Shown here one piece after another: positions 31,050 to 41,579 of a DNA stretch of 64,000 nt. The notes under the pieces are model-generated. The model had not been told where the DNA came from. It saw nothing but the letters and a program-made list of their open reading frames with translations, and made no database searches. Numbering within the stretch: position 1 is the first letter of the stretch; each line of letters opens with the position of its first letter. Both the position numbers and the translations under genes were made by a program. Source of the DNA: Gammaproteobacteria bacterium (lineage in GTDB: Bacteria > Pseudomonadota > Gammaproteobacteria > Eutrophobiales > Eutrophobiaceae); assembly GCA_965215365.1 (NCBI GenBank), contig CBDCDS010000003.1:1600001-1664000 (forward strand), read 5' to 3'.

Positions 31050-31867
31050 TTCACGTCTCGCCAGTACTCGCGCTTGAGCAGATAGACGAGCGCCAGCAAT
31101 ATCAGCAGGTAAACGATGACCCAGGCGCCGATGGTATTGCGCTTGAGCTTGATGGGCTCACCTAAGTAAACCATGAAGTTGACCAGATCGCGCACGGTTT
31201 CTGCATAGGGTTCGTCCTGGTAGGGCGCTGGTTTGTGCTGTGGTTCGGTGACTACTTCAAGGTAGTCGATGACCCGGGTGATCCTGCCATCGTCGTGAAC
31301 TTGCTCTTTGTAAACAGGTTCCTGCCAGCCCTGCAGCTCCCACAACACATGCGGCATGGCGGTGTCGGGGAAAGCCAGATTGTTGACACCGGTGGGGCGG
31401 GAGGTGTCCCGATAGAACGTCATCAGGTAGGTGTGTAACCAGTCGGCGCCGCGAGAACGGGCAGTCACCGACAGGTCGGGCGGGACGATGCCGAAGTATT
31501 GTTCCGCTTCCGTCCTGTTCAAGGCGACCGTCATGGTGTCGCCGGTCTTGTCGGTGCCGAACATGAAATTTTCCTTGAGCACACTCTCGCTGATGTTCAG
31601 GTCCTGACCCAGACGGTTATAGCGCATGAACGCCGCAGAATGACAACTCAGGCAGTAGTTGACAAAGGTACGGGCACCGCGTTGCAATGACTTGCGGTCA
31701 GACAGGTCAACCTCGGCGTGCATCAGGTCATCGCCGCCGCCGGCTGTCCAGCCAGGGCCGGCAACCAGCAGTAACAGCAGGACAAGGCCACCTCCAAAAA
31801 TTAGAGGTGGCCGTGCGCAGACCAGATTCCACCCGTGCCGGGAATCCACTGTACACCGGGCACTCAT
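31046..31867 (-). CDS. petC: Cytochrome c1
   Basis: CLSCH heme motif, PPDLS, MPHVLWELQG, C-terminal TM; N-terminus partly repeat-derived. Confidence 0.93.
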   Translation of the reverse strand: MSARCTVDSRHGWNLVCARPPLIFGGGLVLLLLLVAGPGWTAGGGDDLMHAEVDLSDRKSLQRGARTFVNYCLSCHSAAFMRYNRLGQDLNISESVLKENFMFGTDKTGDTMTVALNRTEAEQYFGIVPPDLSVTARSRGADWLHTYLMTFYRDTSRPTGVNNLAFPDTAMPHVLWELQGWQEPVYKEQVHDDGRITRVIDYLEVVTEPQHKPAPYQDEPYAETVRDLVNFMVYLGEPIKLKRNTIGAWVIVYLLILLALVYLLKREYWRDVK

Positions 31868-33084
31868 GTCAACCGCTCCGGCACCGGTTTGTCATTGTCA
31901 GTGGCCGTATAGAACGGCATCAGCAGGAAAAACAGGAAATATACTAGGGTGAAAAAGCGCGACATCCAGGTGTAGAGCGTGGTGGGAGCTTGCAGGCCCA
32001 GCCAGCCCAGCGTCAGAAAACTAACCGTGAACGCAGCCAGCGCAGTCTTGTACTTCCAGCCGCGGTAACGTATCGACCTGACCGGGCTGCGATCCAGCCA
32101 GGGTAGCAAGAAGAACAGCATGGTGGCGGCGCCCATGGCGACCACGCCGCCAAGCTGGCTCGGCACGGCCCGCAGGATGGCGTAGAACGGCGTGAAGTAC
32201 CACACCGGTGCGATGTGTTCCGGTGTCTTCAGCGGGTCGGCGGGAATGAAGTTGTTGGCTTCGAGAAAATAACCGCCCATCTCTGGCTGGAAAAACACCA
32301 CGGCGCAAAAGATGATGAGAAACACCACCACCCCGACAATATCCTTGACCGTGTAATAGGGGTGGAACTGGATACCATCCAGAGGCACGCCGTTGGCATC
32401 CTTGTAGTCCTTGATCTCGATCCCGTCGGGGTTGTTCGAGCCGACTTCATGCAGGGCGATCAGGTGCGCGCCCACCAGTCCGCACAGCACCAGCGGGAAG
32501 GCAATCACGTGCAGGGAGAAAAACCGGTTCAAGGTTACGTCCGACACCACGAAATCGCCCCGTATCCACAACGCCAGGTCATCGCCCACCAGCGGCAGCG
32601 CGCCGAATAGCGAGATGATCACCTGCGCGCCCCAATAAGACATCTGCCCCCAGGGCAGCAGATAGCCGAAGAACGCCTCGGCCATCAGGGTCAGGTAGAT
32701 GAGCATGCCGATGATCCACAGCAGTTCCCGCGGCCGCTTGTAGGAACCGTACAGCAAGGCCCGGTACATGTGCAGGTAGATGACGACAAAAAACGCCGAG
32801 GCGCCGGTGGAGTGCATATAACGTATCCACCAGCCCCACTCCACATCGCGCATGATGTATTCGACCGAAGCGAAGGCAAGTTCCGCAGACGGCTTGTAGT
32901 TCATGGTCAGCCAGATGCCGGTGACGATCTGCAGTACCAGCACCAGCAGGGCCAGCGAACCGAAGAAATACCAGAAGTTGAAATTTTTCGGGGCGTAGTA
33001 GCGCGCCAGATGGTCGTTCCAAAGCTGAGACAACGGGAAGCGCGCGTCCACCCAGTCACGCAATGCCGCCAGCCGTTTAATCAT
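31864..33084 (-). CDS. petB: Cytochrome b
   Basis: NFWYFFGSL, HSTGAS, LPWGQMSYWG, HPYYTVKD, PVWY. Confidence 0.97.
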   Translation of the reverse strand: MIKRLAALRDWVDARFPLSQLWNDHLARYYAPKNFNFWYFFGSLALLVLVLQIVTGIWLTMNYKPSAELAFASVEYIMRDVEWGWWIRYMHSTGASAFFVVIYLHMYRALLYGSYKRPRELLWIIGMLIYLTLMAEAFFGYLLPWGQMSYWGAQVIISLFGALPLVGDDLALWIRGDFVVSDVTLNRFFSLHVIAFPLVLCGLVGAHLIALHEVGSNNPDGIEIKDYKDANGVPLDGIQFHPYYTVKDIVGVVVFLIIFCAVVFFQPEMGGYFLEANNFIPADPLKTPEHIAPVWYFTPFYAILRAVPSQLGGVVAMGAATMLFFLLPWLDRSPVRSIRYRGWKYKTALAAFTVSFLTLGWLGLQAPTTLYTWMSRFFTLVYFLFFLLMPFYTATDNDKPVPERLT

Positions 33085-33099
33085 GACGGCTAACCATGA

Positions 33100-33699
33100 C
33101 TACGCCAGCCCCGAATCATCGCCGATCAACACCCGGCTGTCGCTCAGGTACTGGTGCGGCGGCACCACCAGGTTGGACGGCGCTGGCATCCCCTTATACA
33201 CCCTGCCGGCCAGGTCAAAGCGGCTGCCGTGACAGGGGCAGAAGAAACCGCCCTGCCAGTCCGCGCCCAGGTTGTGAGCTTCGCCTTCGCCTTTTTTGGC
33301 GTACACGGGGGAACAGCCCAGGTGGGTGCAGATACCGAGCACGATCAGGTATTCGGGGCGCTGTGAACGGTATTCGTTGCGGGCGTAAGACGGTTGTTGT
33401 TCGCTGTCTGACGACGGATCCTTCACCACTTCGTCGAGGCTGACCAGCTCATCCACGGCGGCATCATCGCGCCTCAGTATCCACACCGGTTTGCCGCGCC
33501 ATTTGACTATTTTGCGCTCACCGACCGCCAAATCGCCAATGTCCACCTCAACCGGCGCGCCAATCGCCTTGGCCCTGGCGCTGGGCGTTAAGGTGGATAC
33601 AAACGGCACAGTGGCAGCCACCGCGCCAGCACCCCCCACAACCGAAGCCGTGGTAGTAAGAAAACGCCGCCGCTCGCTGTTAACACCATCATTCCTCAT
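33100..33699 (-). CDS. petA: Ubiquinol-cytochrome c reductase Rieske Fe-S subunit
   Basis: Tat RRRFL; CTHLGC and CPCHGS. Confidence 0.97.
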   Translation of the reverse strand: MRNDGVNSERRRFLTTTASVVGGAGAVAATVPFVSTLTPSARAKAIGAPVEVDIGDLAVGERKIVKWRGKPVWILRRDDAAVDELVSLDEVVKDPSSDSEQQPSYARNEYRSQRPEYLIVLGICTHLGCSPVYAKKGEGEAHNLGADWQGGFFCPCHGSRFDLAGRVYKGMPAPSNLVVPPHQYLSDSRVLIGDDSGLA

Positions 33700-33772
33700 T
33701 GAGCAAGTCCCCGGAACCTCATGCGATAAAAAGGGATGAGTATATCAGGTCAGACAGGAATTGGAAACTTGA

Positions 33773-34906
33773 TGTCTAGGTTCAATACATATGAGACTCA
33801 GGGGGCAGGCTGTGTGAGTTGTTGATAATACTCCATTGGGGTTAATAAACCCATACCGTCATGCGGGCGGTAGGTATTGTAGTATTGCTGATACTCTGCC
33901 AGTTTGCGGTTGATGGCGGCCACGGTCAGTGGACCCTCGTAGAACGGATAGAACTCATAGCGGCTGGTGGCATTGGCGCGTTCTACACAGCCGTTGTATT
34001 CGGGTTTTTTCGGGGGCAGCACGTACAGGGGGATTCCTAAGTCCTGGCAAGCCTGCTCGAACTCATCTCGGAACTCCGAGCCGCCATCGACCTGGATAGA
34101 ACGGATGGGAAACGGCGCCTCACCGAGCAGCGCTTTTAAGAAGCGCCGGGCATTGCCACTGGTGGCCCGACTGTAGGCTCGCAGCGCACTCCATTTGCTC
34201 ACCGGACAGACGGCCTTGAACTCCTTCACCGTGATGCCGTCCGTGAAGCCCACACTCATGGGGTCTATCTGCATCAACTCCCCTGGCGCCTTAGCCTTCA
34301 TCCCGTAGCGCCAGCGCTTGGCATGATGGGTAAACGCCCGGCGGCGCTTAGGCTTCACCCGGCCATAGTAAAACGCCACCGGCTTGACCCGACCCAGCCG
34401 CACCCGCTTCGCCACGATGCGCCCGACCGTACTCTCGCTCAAAGTCCAGCCCTGCTCGCGCACCCCCACCCGCCAGAGCTTGCGCTTGCCCCATAACGGA
34501 TAACGTTGGCGAAGGTGCAAGACCTGCTGCTCGTGCTGGCGCGTCCATTGCGGCACACGCCGCCGCCGCGGCGCACGAGAGCCACACCCCAGACCCTTCA
34601 GCCCATGTTCACGATACCGCTTCAACCAACGGTAGTAGGTCGCCCTCGACCAACCTACTGCTGCCAGTGCCGTCGCCTCACCACACCCATCCTCGCGTAA
34701 CGTCGCAACTAATTCCAACTGCTTCAAACGACCGCGCGCGTCAGCATCGGTAGTATCATCGACGCGCCAACTGCGATATGATTTCACCCGCTTACCTTTT
34801 GATCTGCATCGGGTAGTCCTCCTGTGTAAGTTAATCGAAATCACTTTACACACAGACTACCCGATTTCTTTATCTAAAGAGTCTCACTTGTTTCTGAACC
34901 TGGACA
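33773..34906 (-). mobile_element. IS481-family element, copy 3 (diverged, 1134 bp), 5-bp TSD cttga
   Basis: tgtctaggttcaatacatatgagactc ... gagtctcacttgtttctgaacctggaca; cttga at 33768-33772 and 34907-34911. Confidence 0.9.
33798..34809 (-). pseudogene. IS481 transposase, frameshifted near the start
   Basis: From the RBS-linked ATG it reads ATG CAG ATC AAA AGG TAA; also QIDH>QIDP and a 3' frameshift (QPAP*). Confidence 0.7.
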
Positions 34907-34997
34907 CTTGACGCTGACTTGCTGACAGGTTATAAAACCAGACAGGTCAACTGTGCGGTAAAGTAAAGTGGCCTGTCAACCATTGTCAATAACTTAA

Positions 34998-35024
34998 AGG
35001 AACCTCTAATTTTTAGAGGCGCCT
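34998..35024. repeat. 27-bp minimal family A element with TTAA TSD
   Basis: ttaa|aggaacctcta-atttt-tagaggcgcct|ttaa. Confidence 0.8.
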
Positions 35025-35089
35025 TTAACTCGCATAATCGGACCGGATCATGTGCTGTGAGTGAGAGTGAGTGAGTTGCTTTAACGAGG

Positions 35090-36292
35090 TTGTCTGGCTA
35101 TGATACATCATCATACGGTTGCTCGGACAACAGGATCATGATCTCCAAAGACGCTATCAACCCGTTTCAACCGGGCGCCGGTATGATTCCGCCGGTATTC
35201 CCTGGTCGTGAGCATGAACAGGACCAATTCAGGCAATACGTCAAGCGTCTCAAACACGCGGTTTCGCCTTCTCGCGATATTGTTATTTGCGCACCGCGCG
35301 GGAACGGTAAAACCACCTTGCTCAACTGGTTGACCAAAAAAATCAGGGATGAAGAAAAAGACAACATCCAGGTCATCAAAACAACGCCGGACAAAATCAA
35401 AACACCAGCCAGCTTGTTGAACAGGATTGCCTTGCCCGGCTGGATTGAACGGCTTGAAGCCAAAACCGGCCTGTCTTTCAAAATCGATATTTCCGGCTTG
35501 CAGGTTCAAGCCAATACCCAAGCCGGACGAGGCCACGAGGCAACATCGGAATATCTTACAGAAGAACTGGTCCGGCGTTGCCGCAATAAACCCGCGCTCC
35601 TGATCATAGACGAAGCGCATAACCTGGAACCTGGTATCGGTCAGGAACTCCTCACCTCAAGCCAGGATACAAAACAGGAAGCGCCTTTTCAGCTGATACT
35701 GGCCGGCACGCCAGGACTGCGTAGTCACCTGAACACGATGAGCGCTACCTTCTGGGAGCGAAACGACATCATGCAACCGGGTTTATTGTCGTTTGAGGAT
35801 ACCTGTAAAGCCATCGCCGGGCCGCTTGCAGCGTACCAGGTCACTTTCGATGACAATATTCTGAAAACTATTGCCGATGACAGCCAAGGCTACCCGTATT
35901 TTACCCAACTGTGGGGGGAGAAATTGTTCAATACCCTGCAAAAAGCGCAATCTGACCACGTTGATAAGTCCATAGCGAATCACGCAGGGGACGAGATTGA
36001 ACATGAACGTCAATTCTTCTACCAAGGCCGCTATGACCGGTTAAAAACCAATAATTTAATCTCCGCTGCGGAGCGGATTGCGGAACACTTCGGACCTCTG
36101 TCCGTGCTGCACGAGGACAAGGTCGAAAAGATCCTCAGCGCAATTGAACTCAGCGCCGGCCAGACCGCTGAAACGGTCAAAAACGAACTGCTAAACGAGG
36201 GGTATATCTGGCGGGCTAACCCGACCGAGCAGCGCCAGTTTCACCCCGGGATACCATCACTGATGGCATTTATTAAAGGTACTGGAATATGA
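35090..36292 (+). CDS. Stand-alone P-loop AAA+ ATPase (AAA_16/AAA_22-like); start may be ATG 35138
   Basis: NPFQPGAG..PPVFPGRE, APRGNGKT Walker A, LIIDEAH Walker B, LILAGTP, SQGYPYFTQLWG. Confidence 0.8.
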   Translation: MSGYDTSSYGCSDNRIMISKDAINPFQPGAGMIPPVFPGREHEQDQFRQYVKRLKHAVSPSRDIVICAPRGNGKTTLLNWLTKKIRDEEKDNIQVIKTTPDKIKTPASLLNRIALPGWIERLEAKTGLSFKIDISGLQVQANTQAGRGHEATSEYLTEELVRRCRNKPALLIIDEAHNLEPGIGQELLTSSQDTKQEAPFQLILAGTPGLRSHLNTMSATFWERNDIMQPGLLSFEDTCKAIAGPLAAYQVTFDDNILKTIADDSQGYPYFTQLWGEKLFNTLQKAQSDHVDKSIANHAGDEIEHERQFFYQGRYDRLKTNNLISAAERIAEHFGPLSVLHEDKVEKILSAIELSAGQTAETVKNELLNEGYIWRANPTEQRQFHPGIPSLMAFIKGTGI

Positions 36293-36309
36293 TTGTCAGC
36301 GATTATTAT

Positions 36310-37098
36310 ATGGGAACCTCTAAAAACGCGCTCTGCTGTATTTTCGCAGCCGCCCTGCTGCTGGGCGGTTGCGCCTGGTTTGGCGACAAGGACGATGAGG
36401 CCAGTAACTGGACGGTGGAACGTCTTTACTCCGAGGCCAAAGGCGCATTGGATTCGGGTTATTACAGCAAGGCGGTGGAATATTACGAATTTCTGGAAAC
36501 CCGTTTTCCGTTCGGGGTTTATGGGCAGCAATCGCTGCTGGACTTGGCTTATGCCTACTACAAGACCGAAGAATTTGATTCGGCCATGTCCGCCTGTGAC
36601 CGTTTCATTCGTCTGTATCCCCAGAACATCCACATTGACTATGCCTATTACCTGAAAGGGGTGGTCAACTTCAACCGCGGCAAAGGCCTGACGGAACGGT
36701 TCCTCCCCATCGATTCCAGCCAGCGCGACCAGAGCTCGGCCATGACCTCGTTTCAGGCTTTCGCCGAGCTCCTGGAAAGATACCCGCAGAGCCGGTACGC
36801 CGAAGACACAAAAAAACGCATGGTGTTCCTGCGCAACCGTCTGGCCCGGCATGAAATGCACATTGCCGACTACTACATGAAACGCGGCGCCTATCTGGCA
36901 GCCATCAACCGCGCCAGGAGCGTGGTGGAATCCTACTCACGCACCCCCTCAGTCGCCGACGCCCTGGTACTCATGGCCAAGGCCTACAAGGTCATGGAAA
37001 TGTCCGATCTCTCCGCCGGCGCCCTGCGCGTGCTGGAACTGAACTACCCCAACCACCATGGTATCTACGAGGTCAGGGATATTGTGGTTGAGGATTAG
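36310..37098 (+). CDS. bamD: Outer membrane protein assembly factor BamD (alternative start 36289)
   Basis: Lipobox LGGC; RFPFGVYG, AYAYYK, DYAYYLKG, LRNRLARHE, YYMKRGAYLAAINR. Confidence 0.93.
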   Translation: MGTSKNALCCIFAAALLLGGCAWFGDKDDEASNWTVERLYSEAKGALDSGYYSKAVEYYEFLETRFPFGVYGQQSLLDLAYAYYKTEEFDSAMSACDRFIRLYPQNIHIDYAYYLKGVVNFNRGKGLTERFLPIDSSQRDQSSAMTSFQAFAELLERYPQSRYAEDTKKRMVFLRNRLARHEMHIADYYMKRGAYLAAINRARSVVESYSRTPSVADALVLMAKAYKVMEMSDLSAGALRVLELNYPNHHGIYEVRDIVVED

Positions 37099-37126
37099 CC
37101 CGTAGACCGCACAGACGGGGATTGAC

Positions 37127-37330
37127 ATGAAAACCATGGCGGCAAGCGAATTCAAAGCAAGGTGTTCGCGTGTAATCAAGCAAATGGAAATGGATCGCGA
37201 GCCGATGACCATCGTCAGCTTTACTTATGCCACTCCTTGATGAAGCAGAGCATGATCTTTTTGAACGAAGCCCTGACAAGGGAAGAACTGTTGATTTGTA
37301 ATGCACCTGTTGGACACTTCGGTCGTTATG
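37127..37330 (+). pseudogene. Decayed type II toxin-antitoxin remnants (Phd/YefM N-terminus, antitoxin-like C-terminus, VapC N-terminus)
   Basis: MKTMAASEFKARC...EPMTI (37127-37240); LLDEAEHDLFERSPDKGRTVDL* overlapping (TAATG) MHLLDTSVV at 37301. Confidence 0.6.
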
Positions 37331-37376
37331 ATAATGTGTCGACACCTCTGGTTTTTGCTGTCGTGGCAGCAGCGAA

Positions 37377-38999
37377 CTACCGCTCGCGGTAACGTGAAGT
37401 AATCGGGTAACGGCGGTCGCGGCCGAAGGCGCGTTCGGTAATTCTGACGCCGGGGGCGGCCTGGCGGCGTTTGTATTCGTTTTTGTCCACCAGTGCGGCT
37501 ATCCGGTGGACTGTATCCCGGTCGTAACCTGCGGCGATAATCTCGTCCGGGGTGCGGTCAAGTTCTATGTATTGTTCCAGTATCGGGTCCAGTATCTCGT
37601 AGTCGGGTAGTGAATCCGCGTCTTTCTGGTCGAAGCGCAGTTCTGCCGTGGGTGGGCGGTCGATAATGCGCGGCGGGATGACTTCCCCGTTGCGGTTGCG
37701 CCAGCGGGATAGTGCGTACACCAGTGTCTTGGGCACATCCTTGAGCGGCGCGAAGCCGCCGGCCATGTCGCCGTACAGGGTGGCGTAACCTACCGCCAGC
37801 TCGCTCTTGTTGCCGGTGGTCAATACCAGTTTTCCGGTCTTGTTGGAAACGGCCATGAGCAACAGACCGCGGCAGCGCGCCTGGATGTTCTCTTCGGTCG
37901 TATCTGCGGGCAGATTCTCAAACACGGGCGCCAGAATTTCCGCAAAAGCCGTGAACGGTTGCTCAATACTGACGATGTGGCAGGCAACGCCCAGCCGTCC
38001 GGCCAAGTCCTGTGCGTCTTCGATGCTCATGTCTGCGGTATAGCGTGACGGCATCAGCAGCACGGCCACGTTCGCCGCGCCCAGGGCATCCACGGCAATG
38101 GCCAGAGTCAGCGCCGAGTCGATGCCGCCGGACAGGCCGATCACCGCGCCCTTGAAGCCGTTTTTCGCTACATAATCCTTAACGCCCAGTGTCAACGCCC
38201 GGTACACGCTGTCATTGAAGTCCGGCCGCTGCGCTGGCGGCGCTGCAGCCGTCAACTTCAGCTGCCCGGCTTCCCGCTCCAGCTCCACCAGATACAACCC
38301 CTGCTCGAACTGTGGCGCCTTGAGTACTAATTCCCCGCGGGCATCGACTACCAGCGAACCACCGTCGAACACCAGCTCATCTTGGCCGCCGACCAGATTG
38401 ACGTAAATAATGGCAAGACCGCAGTCGCGGGCGCGGCGGCGCAGCAGCTCCTCGCGCACCGCAGCCTTGTCGGTGTGGTAAGGCGAGGCGTTGATATTGA
38501 TCAGCAGTTCCGCCCCGGCCTGCGCCGCCTCCCGGGCGTGGTGTTCGGTCCACAGGTCTTCGCATACGCTCAACGCGACTTTGCCGTGCGGGGTTGTCAG
38601 CAGGTTCAACGCCGTGCCCTCGGTAAAATAGCGTTTTTCGTCGAACACCCCGTAGTTGGGCAGGTTGCGCTTATGGTAGGTGGTGGTAATTGCCCGGTCC
38701 CGGAGCAGGCCGCAGGCGTTATACAGCCTGGCGCCAAGCGGTTGCGGATAGCCGAGGATGACGTCGATACCGCGCGCCGCGTCGGTCACGCGCTGCAAGG
38801 CTCGTTCCACCTGTACATGGAAATGCGGGCGCAATAACAGGTCTTCCGGCGGATAACCGGTCACGGCGAGTTCCGGGAAAATGACGGTATCGGCGCCGGC
38901 AACGTCCCTGGCCTCGGCGATATACTTCACGAGCAGCGCCGCATTATCTGCCATGGCGCCGACACAGGGGTCAACCTGGGCGATAGCGATCCGGTTCAT
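37377..38999 (-). CDS. nadE: Glutamine-dependent NAD+ synthetase
   Basis: Nitrilase domain FPEL..GYPPEDL, LPNYGVFDEKRYF, CEDLW; SGGIDS, ENIQAR, TGNKSE, EYKRRQA. Confidence 0.95.
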   Translation of the reverse strand: MNRIAIAQVDPCVGAMADNAALLVKYIAEARDVAGADTVIFPELAVTGYPPEDLLLRPHFHVQVERALQRVTDAARGIDVILGYPQPLGARLYNACGLLRDRAITTTYHKRNLPNYGVFDEKRYFTEGTALNLLTTPHGKVALSVCEDLWTEHHAREAAQAGAELLININASPYHTDKAAVREELLRRRARDCGLAIIYVNLVGGQDELVFDGGSLVVDARGELVLKAPQFEQGLYLVELEREAGQLKLTAAAPPAQRPDFNDSVYRALTLGVKDYVAKNGFKGAVIGLSGGIDSALTLAIAVDALGAANVAVLLMPSRYTADMSIEDAQDLAGRLGVACHIVSIEQPFTAFAEILAPVFENLPADTTEENIQARCRGLLLMAVSNKTGKLVLTTGNKSELAVGYATLYGDMAGGFAPLKDVPKTLVYALSRWRNRNGEVIPPRIIDRPPTAELRFDQKDADSLPDYEILDPILEQYIELDRTPDEIIAAGYDRDTVHRIAALVDKNEYKRRQAAPGVRITERAFGRDRRYPITSRYRER

Positions 39000-39197
39000 T
39001 AGCCCGCATATCTCACCGGGTGATGCGAAGATCGCGCCGGATTGGTTCTGCCTGCGGGTGCCTGCGACGATGAGCATAGTGGTTCTCTGGTTGAGGAAGC
39101 ACGTGCCCGCAGGCAGAACCAAGACCAACGAGGGCGCATCAAGCGCAGTGTGTCAGGTGGAAAGAGCAGCAGTATTACCATCACTTATTGAGAGCAA

Positions 39198-40117
<920 letters not shown>

Positions 40118-40118
<1 letters not shown>

Positions 40119-41287
40119 CAGTTCTCTCCCCGGCTCACTGCCACAACCTTGTCCGCCGCATCACTCAGGCCGTCTGCGGAAATAATCTTCAAGCCGCTGT
40201 CGTTGAGCAGGGCCTGGCCTTCTGCGACCCGCGTGCCTTCCAGCCGCACCACCACCGGCAGCGTCAGGCCGGTTTCCCGCACGGCATTGATGATGCCCTG
40301 GGCGATCAGGTCGCAGCGCACGATGCCACCGAAAATATTCACCAGGATCGCCTTGACCCGGGTGTCGGACATGATCAGTTTGAATGCTTCGGCCACGCGT
40401 TCTGTGGTGGCACCGCCGCCCACATCCAGAAAATTCGCCGGCTCCCCACCATGCAGCTTGATGATGTCCATAGTGGCCATGGCCAGACCGGCGCCGTTCA
40501 CCATGCAGGCGATATCGCCGTCCAGTGCCACGTAATTCAGGTCGAACACCTTGGCCTTGTTCTCCTTTTCATCTTCCTGGCTGGGGTCGCGCCAGCTTTC
40601 CAGTTCCTGTTGGCGGTACAAGGCATTGTCATCGACGGCCACCTTGGCGTCCAGGGCCTCCAGGTCGCCGGCGGCGGTGATGATCAGCGGGTTTATTTCA
40701 ATCAGGCTGAGGTCCTTGTCCACAAACAAGCAGTACAGGCCCGCCAGCATTGCCGCCAGTTGCTTGCTCTGGGCCGCGTTCAACCCCAGGGCTGTGCCCA
40801 GCGCCCGGCATTGATACCGCTGCAAGCCCATTACCGGGTCGATGGCAAACGTGCAGATTTTTTCCGGCTCGGTGGCCGCCACTTCTTCAATGTCCACGCC
40901 ACCGGCGGCTGAAGCCATCACCGCCACCCGGCGCTGGCTGCGGTCCACCAGTAGCCCCAGGTAAAGTTCAGCAGCGATGTCCGATGGTGGCGATACCAGC
41001 ACGCAGTACACCGGCTTGCCCTCGGCGCCGGACTGTTTCGTGACCAGCACGCTCCCCAGCAGGTTTTGTGTATAATCTTCCAATTCGGCCTTACCGCGCA
41101 CCAGCCGCACGCCACCGGCCTTGCCGCGCCCGCCGGCATGGATTTGGGCCTTGACCACCCAGCTGTCACCGCCCAGCTGCGCCGCAGCTGCCAGTGCCTC
41201 GTCAACGGAATGGGCAGGTTTGCCCGCAGGCACGGGAATGCCATACTCTGCAAACAGATTTTTTGCCTGATACTCATGCAGGTTCAT
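40118..41287 (-). CDS. sucC: Succinyl-CoA synthetase beta subunit
   Basis: [49 protein letters not shown]. Confidence 0.97.
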
Positions 41288-41348
41288 TTCCTGAATACTC
41301 CTGGTAGGGTATGATTGATACCATGTGTAAAGTTGGGGTTGTCAAGCG

Positions 41349-41579
41349 TTGCTACGCCTGTTGATTATTATCCTGTCGCTGGTATTGCTGGTCGCCTTGC
41401 TCAAGCGGTTGTGCTTCAAGAAACTGCCCGGGCCGGACGAAAAATATATCGCGAAAATGGTCCAATGCGATTACTGTCAGACTTACGTCCCGCATCACTC
41501 TGCGATCAAACACGCTGCGCGCTACTACTGTTGTGAGGAGCATAAGAGCGCGTCCGCATCCAAAGGCGAGTCAGTCTAG
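41349..41579 (+). CDS. PP0621-family small membrane zinc-binding protein
   Basis: TM segment then MVQCDYCQTYVP...YYCCEEH; divergent from sucC. Confidence 0.75.
   Translation: MLRLLIIILSLVLLVALLKRLCFKKLPGPDEKYIAKMVQCDYCQTYVPHHSAIKHAARYYCCEEHKSASASKGESV

Noticed and set aside
34916-34985. Recurrent GACAGG/CCTGTC motifs (also near 12399, 17777, 33752)
   Set aside because: Too short and irregular to distinguish from chance without statistics.
38999-39128. Extended N-termini of NadE (to 39128) and the MFP (to 47695) in the ORF track
   Set aside because: They are read-through of MITE B sequence; homology starts at the downstream ATGs.
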